A stretch of 64,000 nucleotides of DNA from Bdellovibrionales bacterium (GTDB lineage: Bacteria; Bdellovibrionota; Bdellovibrionia; Bdellovibrionales; JAUICD01): assembly GCA_965197425.1 (NCBI GenBank), contig CBDANC010000015.1, forward strand, positions 352,001 to 416,000, in the 5' to 3' direction. The notes beneath the pieces were generated by a model. The model saw nothing but the letters and a program-made list of their open reading frames with translations. It was not told where the DNA came from and searched no databases. Position numbers and translations under genes: made by a program. Numbering within the stretch: position 1 is the stretch's first letter; each line of letters begins with the position of its first letter. Shown here one piece after another: positions 19,687 to 29,725 of the stretch.

Positions 19687-20475
19687 CTAGTTGTTTTGGT
19701 TAGCAGCATTAGCGGCATTATTGGTTTCATTTACAAACATCCTGATTAAATGGATTCTATCATTATTATCCAATTTAGGATCTAGGACATGATTTCCTAA
19801 ATCAATAATGATTTCATTTTCGGGTCGGGCGGTTCCTCCCCGGAGCTTGAAGATGTCATATATGCTCTTTGCAACCAAAATTACTGACGCCCCCCAGAGT
19901 ACCCTATTTGCCATAAGTAATCCCGTTCGCGTCCTCCCAACAAGCCGCTGAGATCCCATAATAGCTTTATCTATAAAGGTAAATAACCCGAGGCCTGCTA
20001 GACCCCCAACTAGTTGTTCTCTTGTTCCAAGAACCCCGTGTCTTCTTGCATCAATGAGTTGCCTAATATTGCCTTCAAGATTGAAATGAATCTCTATTTG
20101 TTGCTCGCGATTAAGCGAACCAAATATTTCAAGTGCACGTTCATTTTGAGCTACTATAAAAAGAATCTCACAAGCCGGAATTTCTCTTAAATCTTTATAA
20201 CTCTGGCAGGTGGATTCATAAAGAGCCACAGCTCTATTTACACATTCTGGATTTTCTATTTTCATTCTCCCAGAAGTATCTTTTTCCATGAGTTTTTCCC
20301 AAATAGCTTTTTCATCTCTACTTTCAACTTCAAGGATGTCTGATACAACCTCACACTCAGCTACCAGTGCATCTGCGGCATTTTGTGTTCTTGCGACAGA
20401 GCTTAGTTCTCTTGTTCCTTGGGTAGTTGTACAGGAAATTGTAAACAGACTTGTAAGTAAAATTAAACTTTTCAT
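19687..20475 (-). CDS. Hypothetical lipoprotein-like membrane protein, paralog 1
   Basis: MKSLILLTSLFTISC signal/lipobox after GGGGG SD; two Gly-rich hydrophobic segments. Confidence 0.65.
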   Translation of the reverse strand: MKSLILLTSLFTISCTTTQGTRELSSVARTQNAADALVAECEVVSDILEVESRDEKAIWEKLMEKDTSGRMKIENPECVNRAVALYESTCQSYKDLREIPACEILFIVAQNERALEIFGSLNREQQIEIHFNLEGNIRQLIDARRHGVLGTREQLVGGLAGLGLFTFIDKAIMGSQRLVGRTRTGLLMANRVLWGASVILVAKSIYDIFKLRGGTARPENEIIIDLGNHVLDPKLDNNDRIHLIRMFVNETNNAANAANQNN

Positions 20476-20628
20476 TTTATCCCCCTTTGATCTGACTTTC
20501 AGTTTTACATGAGAGGGGGGGGGGTGCATCAACATTTTAATTACCAGTTTTTTTAAAAGCTAGACTGGCCACAACCCACACCCTGCTTATAGTGCAAGCA
20601 TCTAAGCAAAATGTGGCTGTGTGGGCAG

Positions 20629-20883
20629 TTAATTTTTCATCAAAGCTTCATTAATAACGCTTTGGTATCCAACTTTTCTTTTCTTTGCTTCTTTTTTAGC
20701 CCATTTGATAATACTAGGGTGTAACCTGATAGAAATTGGAATGTATTTGTCCTGCTTCAAAGGACGTCCCCGTGAGGGGCGTTTTTTGCCAGTTACTTTT
20801 TCGATAGCTTTTCTGGCCGAGCTAACTTCTTTTTTTGTAATTCGTCTTGCTTTTTCAAATGAAAATTCTTTTATATTTTTCAT
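20629..20883 (-). CDS. brnA: BrnA-family antitoxin
   Basis: GRP...ISIRL...GYQSVINEAL; overlaps upstream BrnT-like gene. Confidence 0.8.
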   Translation of the reverse strand: MKNIKEFSFEKARRITKKEVSSARKAIEKVTGKKRPSRGRPLKQDKYIPISIRLHPSIIKWAKKEAKKRKVGYQSVINEALMKN

Positions 20884-21145
20884 ACCTATCCCTCTCTTTT
20901 TTGTTTGCTTTTCTAGCACTGATGATGCGGTAAACACTTTTAAATCTGATAGTGAAAATCACTACAAGAATGCCATCATCAGATTCTCCTATAATCCATT
21001 CCCTTACTTCATCCTTGGCAGAATGTTTTATATCAGGAGCAACAAGTGCAAAAGGATCGTCGAAGACAGTTACTGCTAAAGAAAAATGTATTCCGTGCTT
21101 CTTGACATTTTGCTTTAACTTATTTTCGTCCCATTCAAATTGCAA
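20855..21145 (-). CDS. brnT: BrnT-family toxin
   Basis: FEWDENK...NVKKHGIHF, RIISARKANKKE. Confidence 0.88.
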   Translation of the reverse strand: MQFEWDENKLKQNVKKHGIHFSLAVTVFDDPFALVAPDIKHSAKDEVREWIIGESDDGILVVIFTIRFKSVYRIISARKANKKERDRYEKYKRIFI

Positions 21146-21271
21146 AATTCACCCTACCGAAAACACCATACCAACATTTTCAGTATATACTAAAAATCTA
21201 CAAAGTCAAATGCTTGAGAGAGAGATGGAACACCCTCTGGTTTTTCTATTGTGTTTTACCAATTAGCTGGA

Positions 21272-22074
21272 TTAGCGAGACTCATCTTGATTTTGTTGGT
21301 TGGCATTATTAGCGGCATTGGTGTCATTTACAAACGATCTGATCAAGTAAAGCCTATCCTTAGTGTTTAATCCAGGATATAGAACAGGATCTCCTAAAGT
21401 AACATCGGTTCTATTTTCAGCTCGTCCAATTCCTGATCTGGACGCATCAAACAGGCCTTTTCCAAGTAACATCAATCCTGCTCCAACGATTACACGACTT
21501 GCAATTCTCTTCTTTAGGGTGTTTGCCCAACCAAGAAGATAGAATCCTCCCCCCGCACCACCTGTCAGACCTACAAAACTTTGTGTATATCCAGCACTCT
21601 CTAATCTTTCAGCATCTGCCGATTTTACACCGACTAACTGCCTAACTCTTTGTTCAATGTTGGGAACCCCTATTTTTTGCTCATCAGTAAGAGCATCAAA
21701 CGTCTCAAGGGTATGGTCATACGGTCATTTCGATCAGTTACAAATAATACCTCACAAACCGAATTTGTTCTAAAATCCTCATAACTCTGACAGGTCTCTT
21801 CGTAAAGAGATATTGCTATATCTATACATTCTGGTTTCGCTATTTTCATTCTTCCAGAAGCATCTTTCTCTGTGATTTTTTCCCAAACAGCTTTTTGCCA
21901 AATAACGTAGTCATCCTCTTTTTGTATTTGAAGAATTTCTGATATAACCTCACACTCAGCTACCAGTGCATCTGCGGCATTTTGTGTTCTTGCGACAGAG
22001 CTTAGTTCTCTTGTTCCTTGGGTAGTTGTACAGGAAATTGTAAACAGACTTGTAAGTAAAATTAAACTTTTCAT
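21272..22074 (-). pseudogene. Frameshifted paralog 2 of the 19687-20475 lipoprotein
   Basis: Identical N-terminus; 8-bp duplication at 21713-21728 shifts frame; downstream frame LETFDALTDEQ...LIRSFVNDTN matches paralog. Confidence 0.8.
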
Positions 22075-22255
22075 TTTATCCCCCTTTGATCTGACTTTCA
22101 GTTTTACATGAGAGGGGGGGGGGTAAATCAATATTTTAATTATGTATTGTGTGTTTCTATGGCATTTATATTCTGAACTAAAATCGAATTGCCTATAAAA
22201 GTATCTTTAAATGGTTGTGAAATTTAATACATTGATTGTATAATTGCCGGCACAG

Positions 22256-22633
22256 ATGGCTAAAATCTTTCAGACAACAGAAGCACCCAAACCAATAGGT
22301 CCTTATTCTCAGGCAATAGAGTCCGGTAATCTGGTGTTTTTTTCTGGTCAAATTCCTATTGATCCAAAAACAGATAAGCTGGTGGATGAGGACATTGGAG
22401 TTCAAACTACTAGAGTAATGGAAAATATTAAAGCTTTGCTTAAGGCATGCAAGTTAGATCTATCAAGTATAGTTAAAACCACTGTTTATCTGACAACCAT
22501 GGATCACTTTACTGAGATGAATACTGTTTATGCCAAGTATTTTAGTGAACACGAACCTGCAAGATCTTGTGTGGCTGTGGCTGGTTTACCTAAAAACTCT
22601 TTGGTAGAGATTGAAATCATAGCTTCTAGATAA
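22256..22633 (+). CDS. ridA: RidA/YjgF enamine deaminase
   Basis: APKPIGPYSQA, SGQIP, PARSCV, VEIE. Confidence 0.92.
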   Translation: MAKIFQTTEAPKPIGPYSQAIESGNLVFFSGQIPIDPKTDKLVDEDIGVQTTRVMENIKALLKACKLDLSSIVKTTVYLTTMDHFTEMNTVYAKYFSEHEPARSCVAVAGLPKNSLVEIEIIASR

Positions 22634-22646
22634 GAGACCTCCCATG

Positions 22647-22715
22647 GAGCTGGGCAACCACTCGGCAAAAAGGAAAGCAAAGCTTCTCTTATTTGCCTCG
22701 TTAGGAAGACCTTTA
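22647..22715 (+). repeat. Modular GAAGACCTTTA repeat, type II interior, ending at next start codon
   Basis: GAGCTGGGCAACCACTCGG...CTCGTTAGGAAGACCTTT-ATG. Confidence 0.75.
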
Positions 22716-23317
22716 TGTTAAATCCTTTTAAGTATTTAAAATTAAATGAAATAAAAACATGGTTCTTCCTGGGTATTTTTTTAAGTGTATTTATACTCAT
22801 AGTTTTTGGTTTGTTGTCTTATAGAGAGGTTAATAGAATTTTATCTACTAAGCCTACTTCTTGGACAAAGGATCACAGGGCTGATTGTGGTGTTGTTTTA
22901 ACTGGTGGTTCTTATAGGGTGAGGGAAGGGTTGGATTTGTTAACCCAGAAGAATATCAGGAAGCTGATAATATCTGGAATTTACCAAACCACTACCTTGG
23001 ATGATATTTTTCCAGAGATTCCTTTTTATGGTGATATTAGAGTTGAAGATATTGTCTTAGAGAACATGTCTGAGACTACTTATGGCAATGCAAAAAAAGT
23101 TTTTGTGTTAGCAGAGGAGTTGGACTGTAGTGATATTGTGTTGATAACCTCAAGACTTCACATGTACAGAGCTTATAGAACCTTTAGAGCTGTGTTTCCA
23201 AAAGATTATAAAATCCAACAGAGGGCAGTAATATCTGGAAACTTAAGACCTAATAAGTTAAATATTTTATATGAAGTTGCAAGCTCAATATTATATAGAC
23301 CACTATGGCTACTTTAA
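22715..23317 (+). CDS. YdcF/DUF218-family protein
   Basis: VVLTGG..RV, LIISG, SETTYGNA, ITSRLHMYRA. Confidence 0.85.
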   Translation: MLNPFKYLKLNEIKTWFFLGIFLSVFILIVFGLLSYREVNRILSTKPTSWTKDHRADCGVVLTGGSYRVREGLDLLTQKNIRKLIISGIYQTTTLDDIFPEIPFYGDIRVEDIVLENMSETTYGNAKKVFVLAEELDCSDIVLITSRLHMYRAYRTFRAVFPKDYKIQQRAVISGNLRPNKLNILYEVASSILYRPLWLL

Positions 23318-23332
23318 ATATAGTTATTTTAG

Positions 23333-24514
23333 ATGTCTTTTAAGTTTTTTATTCGTTATTTATTTTCCAAGCAGACAGGAGTGTTAATACGTTCCATTTC
23401 ATGGTTGTGTCTTTTAGGGGTTGCAACTGGTGTTATGGCTATGATTGTAGTTCTAAGTGTTATGACTGGTTTTGGAGATAATTTAAAGAGCAGGCTTTTG
23501 TCAATTGAACCTCATATATTGTTTTATGAGGATAAAAAAATTGATGAACTTATGAAAAAGTTTGAACAAGAAAAAGAAGCAGAGAGTTTTTACTTCGAAC
23601 AACAGGATTTATTGTTAAAAACATCGGAGGGTATATATACTGGAGCAATCTCAAAGGGTTTGGATGAAGAAAAAATAATAGAACTTTTTAATGAATTGAA
23701 TATTGTTGTCAATGAAGAACCTTTGGAGAGTTTAGGTGATTATGAAATACTCATGGGTTTTGATTTGGCTAGGAGTATGAATGTTATAGAAGGAGATAGT
23801 GTTGTTGCCATTGCCCCTGAGAGTATTTTACTGCCTCCTTCTGAATTGCCTAGATTTACGAAGGTCAGAGTAAAGAGACTTTTTAGGTCTAAGAATGCAA
23901 ATTTTAACTCTAAATTTATTTTATATAAAAAAGGCAAAACATTTAGGGTTTTGGGAAAAACAAAATCTTTTGCAAGGGGAGTGCAGGTTACTTTAGATGA
24001 TCCTGAACAGTATGACTTTTATTTACAAAAATATAGTGAGTATAGTGGTGAGAGTTGGGCTAGTAGAAACTCATCATTATTATACTCTTTAAAAATGGAA
24101 AAACTAATGATGACAATTTTTTTAGGCCTAACATTATTAATAGGTTCATTTTCCATAACCACAGTGCTTGTATTGTTGGGTGTGCAAAAGAAAGTTGATA
24201 TGGGCATTTTGATGTCTATAGGACTGTCGCATAAGAAAACTCAGTTTCTCATAACAAAAATAGGTGTGTTGTTATCTTCATCTGGTATCCTGATTGGTTT
24301 ATTACTTGGTTTAGGTATTAGTTTTTTGTTAGAACACAATATAGCCATATCACTACCTGATATTTATTATGATGATAAGATTCCTATTAAGCTAGAGTAT
24401 CAGGGTATTTTGTTGGTATTATTTTTATCAGGTGTTGTCTCATTCTTAGCATCTTTCGTTCCCCCGTACATAAGTGCATCAAGTTCGCCATCGGATTGTC
24501 TCAAAAGTCAGTAA
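23333..24514 (+). CDS. LolC/E-family lipoprotein-releasing ABC permease
   Basis: GVMAMIVVLSVMTGF, LKMEK, GILMSIG, FtsX-type C-terminal helices. Confidence 0.85.
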   Translation: MSFKFFIRYLFSKQTGVLIRSISWLCLLGVATGVMAMIVVLSVMTGFGDNLKSRLLSIEPHILFYEDKKIDELMKKFEQEKEAESFYFEQQDLLLKTSEGIYTGAISKGLDEEKIIELFNELNIVVNEEPLESLGDYEILMGFDLARSMNVIEGDSVVAIAPESILLPPSELPRFTKVRVKRLFRSKNANFNSKFILYKKGKTFRVLGKTKSFARGVQVTLDDPEQYDFYLQKYSEYSGESWASRNSSLLYSLKMEKLMMTIFLGLTLLIGSFSITTVLVLLGVQKKVDMGILMSIGLSHKKTQFLITKIGVLLSSSGILIGLLLGLGISFLLEHNIAISLPDIYYDDKIPIKLEYQGILLVLFLSGVVSFLASFVPPYISASSSPSDCLKSQ

Positions 24515-24621
24515 TCCTTAGGTTTTTCTTGAAGAAGAGTATCCTACAAAATATTTTGCCCCCTCTTATAGTTACAGGGATATTGTGAATTTTTTATACT
24601 ATGTTGGAGATAATTTTTAGC

Positions 24622-24659
24622 TTGACTTAATTGTTTTAATGTCTTATATATGAGACATT
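24622..24659 (+). promoter_or_regulatory. Putative sigma70 promoter with overlapping operator palindrome for TA operon
   Basis: TTGACT-17-TATATA; AATGTCT...AGACATT inverted repeat across the -10. Confidence 0.55.
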
Positions 24660-24678
24660 ATTTCGGGTAAAGCGTTTT

Positions 24679-24996
24679 GTGGACATTGGTATAATAGATT
24701 CTTGCAAAAAGGAATTGAAGTACTTTCCAGAAGAAGTTTTAAAGGATTTCCTTGATGCAGTGGCAAAATTGAAAAATGGACTTACTTTAAGTATGCCTCT
24801 TTCAAGAAAAGTTGTTACATCAATATCTCATGTTTATGAACTTCGATTGAAGGACAGAACTAGGCAGTACAGAGTTATTTATTTTCTTAAAAAGAAACAG
24901 CGCATTTATATTGTTCATGCATTTGTTAAAAAATCTGCAAAAACGCCAAAGAAAAACTTGGGTTTAATAGAAAAAAGGATCAGGAGGTTAAAATGA
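24679..24996 (+). CDS. HigB/RelE-family (Gp49-like) toxin
   Basis: MPLSR, YELRLKD, YRVIYF, VHAFVKKSAKTP. Confidence 0.85.
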   Translation: MDIGIIDSCKKELKYFPEEVLKDFLDAVAKLKNGLTLSMPLSRKVVTSISHVYELRLKDRTRQYRVIYFLKKKQRIYIVHAFVKKSAKTPKKNLGLIEKRIRRLK

Positions 24997-25283
24997 AATC
25001 AACAAGATACAAAAAAGTAAGCGATTTAGCTAGGAGTTTAGGCATTGATTCTAAGTATGGTGAGTTAGCGGAATTGAAGGCAAAACTTACTAAGGAAATT
25101 ATCAGGGCTATTAAAAAACAAGAGCTTACTCATCTTGAAGTTTCAGAATTATCAGATGTGCCTCGTTCTGCTATAACTGGAATTGTAAATGGCAGTTTAC
25201 AGAGAGTTACTATAGATAGACTGATCAGAATATTGTCATCCCTTGGAAAAAGTATTTCTGTCAAAGTAAAAAATGTAGCTTAA
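24993..25283 (+). CDS. XRE-family HTH antitoxin (HigA-like)
   Basis: HTH LTHLEVSELSDVPRSAIT; VTIDRLIRIL; ATGA overlap with toxin. Confidence 0.82.
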   Translation: MKSTRYKKVSDLARSLGIDSKYGELAELKAKLTKEIIRAIKKQELTHLEVSELSDVPRSAITGIVNGSLQRVTIDRLIRILSSLGKSISVKVKNVA

Positions 25284-25292
25284 AAATATTTT

Positions 25293-26096
25293 TCATGGTG
25301 TGGGAATGGCATCTAAAAGTGCATACATATATCTGGATTGCTCTGGGTTTTTATCAGGGTATTGTGGAAATAATATAACTCCATCTTGCGGTGCTAGTAT
25401 GTCTTTTCCTTCTAGGCTTCCTATTATTTGATTTTTTTGAATTGGGTCAAAGTTTACAAACTTTTTTAAGTTAATATCTTTGTTGTATTTTTCTAAGTGT
25501 TTATATTCAAATATTGAAAGTGGAATTTTATCCAATGATTCTAAGTCATTGTCTTCAAGTTGGTTTGCTATTTTTAGTGTTTTAGTTAATACCTTGAATG
25601 TGTATTCATATGACATACTATTTTTTCCTTTAGGTCCTACATAGACTTCTAGGGATGGTATGTTGTATGTGGTTGTCAATTCATTCAAACTACCGTTTTC
25701 TTGTGTATCTAAAGTATTTGTAACAAGTGTGTTTAAGCAGGCTAGGCATTGAGATAGTAGGTGTGAGTTTGTGTTATATTTTGTGTGGTAGAATGGAATA
25801 AGGGTTCTTGTGTTGGTTTGTTTAAATTCTAGCATTAAGTTTGATTGTTTGATGATATTTGTGATATTGGAGAATTGATTTTTGTTTTTTAGTATTAGGG
25901 TCCATTTTCCTTTAAACGGTGTTCTTTTTGATACAAAGTGCTCGAAGAGTTCTAAATTTGCCAAAGTGGTTGTTAAATTGTTGTCATGGGGGCATATGGT
26001 GATTAGATGGAAGTTATCTCCATGTGAGTGTGTTAGGGAGTTTGGTATTGGACCTTTAAATGATTTTTCTAAAAGTTTGTATTTTTCATTATCCAT
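25293..26096 (-). CDS. Divergent succinylglutamate desuccinylase/aspartoacylase-like protein
   Basis: FVNFDPI...APQDGVILFPQYP C-terminus; canonical Zn-binding HGNE not evident. Confidence 0.4.
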   Translation of the reverse strand: MDNEKYKLLEKSFKGPIPNSLTHSHGDNFHLITICPHDNNLTTTLANLELFEHFVSKRTPFKGKWTLILKNKNQFSNITNIIKQSNLMLEFKQTNTRTLIPFYHTKYNTNSHLLSQCLACLNTLVTNTLDTQENGSLNELTTTYNIPSLEVYVGPKGKNSMSYEYTFKVLTKTLKIANQLEDNDLESLDKIPLSIFEYKHLEKYNKDINLKKFVNFDPIQKNQIIGSLEGKDILAPQDGVILFPQYPDKNPEQSRYMYALLDAIPTP

Positions 26097-26152
26097 AGTT
26101 TACTAAGTGTAAGTTTTTTGGTAACTATTTACAACACCTTGGAGCTTGCAGA

Positions 26153-28525
26153 ATGCCTTATCCACATTTGGAGATAGAGCCTAAATGGCAAAAAACCTGG
26201 GAAGAGCTTAAGGCTTTTAAAGCTTGTGATGAGTCTGACAAGCCAAAGTATTATGTATTGGATATGTTTCCCTACCCATCTTCTCAGGGTTTGCATGTTG
26301 GTCACCCTGAGGGTTATACGGCAACTGATATTATTTCCAGGTATAAGAGGTCAAAGGGTTTTAATGTACTGCATCCTATAGGGTTTGATGCATTTGGCCT
26401 TCCGGCTGAGCAGCATGCAATTCAAACTGGTGTTCATCCTGCCGAGACCACTAAAAAGTCCATTGAAAATTTTAGAAGGCAGCTTAAGTCTCTTGGACTT
26501 AGTTTTGATTGGTCAAGGGAGGTATCTACTTGTGATCCTGGGTATTACAAGTGGACTCAGTATATTTTTACTATTTTGTATGAGAGAGGTTTAGCTTACC
26601 AAACAAGTGTTCCTGTGAACTGGTGTGAAGAGTTGAAGACAGTGTTAGCTAATGAAGAAGTAATAGATGGTAAGAGTGAGAGGGGTGATCATCCTGTTGT
26701 GCGAATTCCTATGAAACAGTGGATGTTAAAGATCACGGATTATGCTGAGAGGCTTATTGATGATTTATCTTTGGTAGATTGGCCTAGAAGGACTAAGGAT
26801 GGACAGATAAATTGGATTGGCAAGAGTGTTGGTGCAATTATTGATTTTGAGTTTGAAGATAAGAGTAAGAGTGGTGACAAGATATCGGTTTTCACTACGA
26901 GACCTGATACTGTGTTTGGTGTGACATTTATGGTGTTACCTCCTGAGCATCCTAATCTTTTGAGTCTTTGTGCTGATGATAAAAAAAGCTTGGTAAAAAA
27001 TTACATTAAGTCTGCTCAAACTAAAAGTGAAATAGAGAGAAAGGCAAACTTAGATAAGACGGGGATTTTTACTGGGAGTTATGTAATACATCCTTTTACT
27101 AAAGAAAGGGTACCTGTCTGGGTGTCTGATTATGTGATCATAAGTTATGGTACTGGTAATGTGATGGGTGTACCTGCACATGATGAGAGGGATTTGGAGT
27201 TTGCGCACAAGTTTGATTTGAAGGTTGCAAGTGTAATTGATGAAAATGGTATAATGATAGGTTCTGATTTTTTAAATGATCTGAACTATAAAAATGCAAT
27301 TTCTAGGGTGATAGAAGAGTTGGAGAGGAGAGAAGTTGGTTATGGTCATACAACTTATAAATTAAGAGACTGGCTTTTTAGTAGGCAAAGATATTGGGGA
27401 GAACCTTTTCCTGTTATACATTATCCCGAGTCTATAAAAACTGTTCCTTTGGAGGAGCTTCCTGTTTTATTACCAGATGTTGCTGATTATAAGCCTAGGG
27501 GTTGTGGAATAAGTCCTTTAGCAAATAACCCAGAATGGTTAAATTATGCAGAAAGTGTAACTCGGGAAACAGATACCATGCCTGTTTCGGCTGGTTCTAG
27601 TTGGTATTTTTTAAGATATACAGATCCTCATAATGATAAAGAGCCTTTTTGCAAAAAAAAGGCTGGTTATTGGATGCCTGTTGATTTGTATATAGGTGGT
27701 CCTGAGCATACTGTTAGTCACTTGTTGTATTCCAGATTTTGGCACAAGGTTTTATATGATGTAGGTTTGGTTGATGCCCCCGAGCCATTTCAAAAGTTGG
27801 TACATCAGGGGATGATTTTGGGTCAGGATGGAGAAAAGATGTCCAAGTCCAGAGGTAATATAATTAACCCTGATTCAATAGTAGAAAAATATGGTGCTGA
27901 TTCTTTGAGAATGTATGAGATGTTTATGGGTCCTCTTAGTAAGGATAAACCTTGGCAAGATAGAGGTATTGATGGAATTTATAGATTTTTATCTAGAGTT
28001 TGGGGTTTATGTGACAACTTAAAAGAAGATAAATTGTCTGATGATATTTCTGATTCTACCAAAAAGTTACTTCACAAGACCATTAAGAAGGTTACCTTGG
28101 ACATAGAGAATATTAATTTTAACACTGCTATAAGTCAGATGATGATCTTTGTAAATGAGTTGTACAAGACAGGTGAGAGACCTGGTTTTGCATTGAAGAT
28201 TTTGGTTAAGTTACTTGCTCCGTTTGCTCCTCATATATCAGAGGAGTTGTGGGAAAAGTTAGGTGAAAACAGTGATGGAAAAAACTTAGTGTGTCTTCAA
28301 GACTGGCCAAAGTTTGATGAAAAATTAGTTGTTGAAAGCAAGGTTACTATTGGAATTCAGGTTAATGGTAAGCTTAGGGCAACTGCTAAAGTAGCGGTTG
28401 ATTTAGAAGAGGAAGAGGCAATTCAGTTGGCCAAAAAAATTAAAAATGTAAATCATTATATAGATGGTAAAGAGTTAAAGAAGATAATTTATATTCCCGG
28501 CAAAATCTTAAATATAATCGTCTAA
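26153..28525 (+). CDS. leuS: Leucyl-tRNA synthetase
   Basis: MFPYPS..LHVGH, FTTRPDT, SRQRYWG, KMSKS. Confidence 0.97.
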   Translation: MPYPHLEIEPKWQKTWEELKAFKACDESDKPKYYVLDMFPYPSSQGLHVGHPEGYTATDIISRYKRSKGFNVLHPIGFDAFGLPAEQHAIQTGVHPAETTKKSIENFRRQLKSLGLSFDWSREVSTCDPGYYKWTQYIFTILYERGLAYQTSVPVNWCEELKTVLANEEVIDGKSERGDHPVVRIPMKQWMLKITDYAERLIDDLSLVDWPRRTKDGQINWIGKSVGAIIDFEFEDKSKSGDKISVFTTRPDTVFGVTFMVLPPEHPNLLSLCADDKKSLVKNYIKSAQTKSEIERKANLDKTGIFTGSYVIHPFTKERVPVWVSDYVIISYGTGNVMGVPAHDERDLEFAHKFDLKVASVIDENGIMIGSDFLNDLNYKNAISRVIEELERREVGYGHTTYKLRDWLFSRQRYWGEPFPVIHYPESIKTVPLEELPVLLPDVADYKPRGCGISPLANNPEWLNYAESVTRETDTMPVSAGSSWYFLRYTDPHNDKEPFCKKKAGYWMPVDLYIGGPEHTVSHLLYSRFWHKVLYDVGLVDAPEPFQKLVHQGMILGQDGEKMSKSRGNIINPDSIVEKYGADSLRMYEMFMGPLSKDKPWQDRGIDGIYRFLSRVWGLCDNLKEDKLSDDISDSTKKLLHKTIKKVTLDIENINFNTAISQMMIFVNELYKTGERPGFALKILVKLLAPFAPHISEELWEKLGENSDGKNLVCLQDWPKFDEKLVVESKVTIGIQVNGKLRATAKVAVDLEEEEAIQLAKKIKNVNHYIDGKELKKIIYIPGKILNIIV

Positions 28526-28678
28526 TTTTTTAAAAGTAAGTGCAACACAATACCTACTCAACCTGAGATTTAAAAATACGCTCTCCTAAACGATATGATT
28601 TCGGGTTTTTATACATTTCTAGTTGGTATTTATACGGAGAACCATTCAAAGTCTCAAGAACAATCTTATTAGACTCAT

Positions 28679-29653
28679 CTATAATGACCGCCGCCTCCTA
28701 AAGTTTGCTTCAGCCCCAAGCTCCATTCTTGAAGCAAAGAAAACTTTAAGCTCTGCTAGTTTTTCCGGGGAAAGTTTGATAAACTCAGAGGAGTTTATTG
28801 CTTCCATTTCTTCTGGTGATAAAGAAGCTTTCCAACTTTCGTAGCGGTCTAAATATTGCTGTTTTCTTTCTTGATATTTCATATAAGGTTGTTTTATCAG
28901 TCCTTTTCTAAAAACATCTTCTAAACCCTCTGAGTGTTCGGGATCCCAAGCCATAATTTGTAACCACCTCCCAACCTCATAAACATCAACTGCACTTTGA
29001 AGCTTAACAATAATCTTATCAAACTCATCACCCTCATATCTGGTATTCACAAACTCCTTAGACTTCCTAGCCTGCTCTAAAGCACTCTTAGCTTTATCTA
29101 AAAGAGGGTCATACTCTTTGTTAATACGAGTAAGAAAGTATTGTTTTTGATAACTGCTTCTCGAGGAAAACATGCGCCAAATATTTGCTTCATCAAATGT
29201 ATTTTTTCTACCCAGAAAAGCCTCTTCTAGACGTAAAGCCCAATCTGATAAAAACATGTCTGTGAAATGGAACTTAAGTGTAGTAGAAGGCTTAATTTCA
29301 ATACCAAGTTTTAATAACCACTTACCAATATAATCCCGAAGAATAACAAAAGGACGAATATCGTATAATAACAGTCTAAGTACCAATGTTTGTGTTTGTG
29401 TACCTGTCAAAGCGTTTAAAGTAGATTCGCCACGAAGTGTATTAAAAGCAATGTTTTCGATGGAATTCATACCCTCCGCATTCTCCTTCATCTGTTTGGT
29501 CGACGTAGGCATGTTGTCCTCAATTAGATCATCCACAAGAGCTTGAAACGCTAAGGTTTCATCGAGAATCTCCTCCTTGCTTGTACCTCTAGATTCCTCT
29601 TCAAAAAAACTTATTACTAGTAACAGCAAGCCAGGAAGTAAAAATTTCTTCAT
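28679..29653 (-). CDS. Hypothetical secreted protein
   Basis: Signal-peptide-like N-terminus, GGAG SD; no family recognised. Confidence 0.6.
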   Translation of the reverse strand: MKKFLLPGLLLLVISFFEEESRGTSKEEILDETLAFQALVDDLIEDNMPTSTKQMKENAEGMNSIENIAFNTLRGESTLNALTGTQTQTLVLRLLLYDIRPFVILRDYIGKWLLKLGIEIKPSTTLKFHFTDMFLSDWALRLEEAFLGRKNTFDEANIWRMFSSRSSYQKQYFLTRINKEYDPLLDKAKSALEQARKSKEFVNTRYEGDEFDKIIVKLQSAVDVYEVGRWLQIMAWDPEHSEGLEDVFRKGLIKQPYMKYQERKQQYLDRYESWKASLSPEEMEAINSSEFIKLSPEKLAELKVFFASRMELGAEANFRRRRSL

Positions 29654-29725
29654 TCATTCCTCCAATCTCATAAGCTTTTTCCACTTAAAGTTGAAATTCA
29701 TTCACAAGACTTTTTATCGGTTCAG

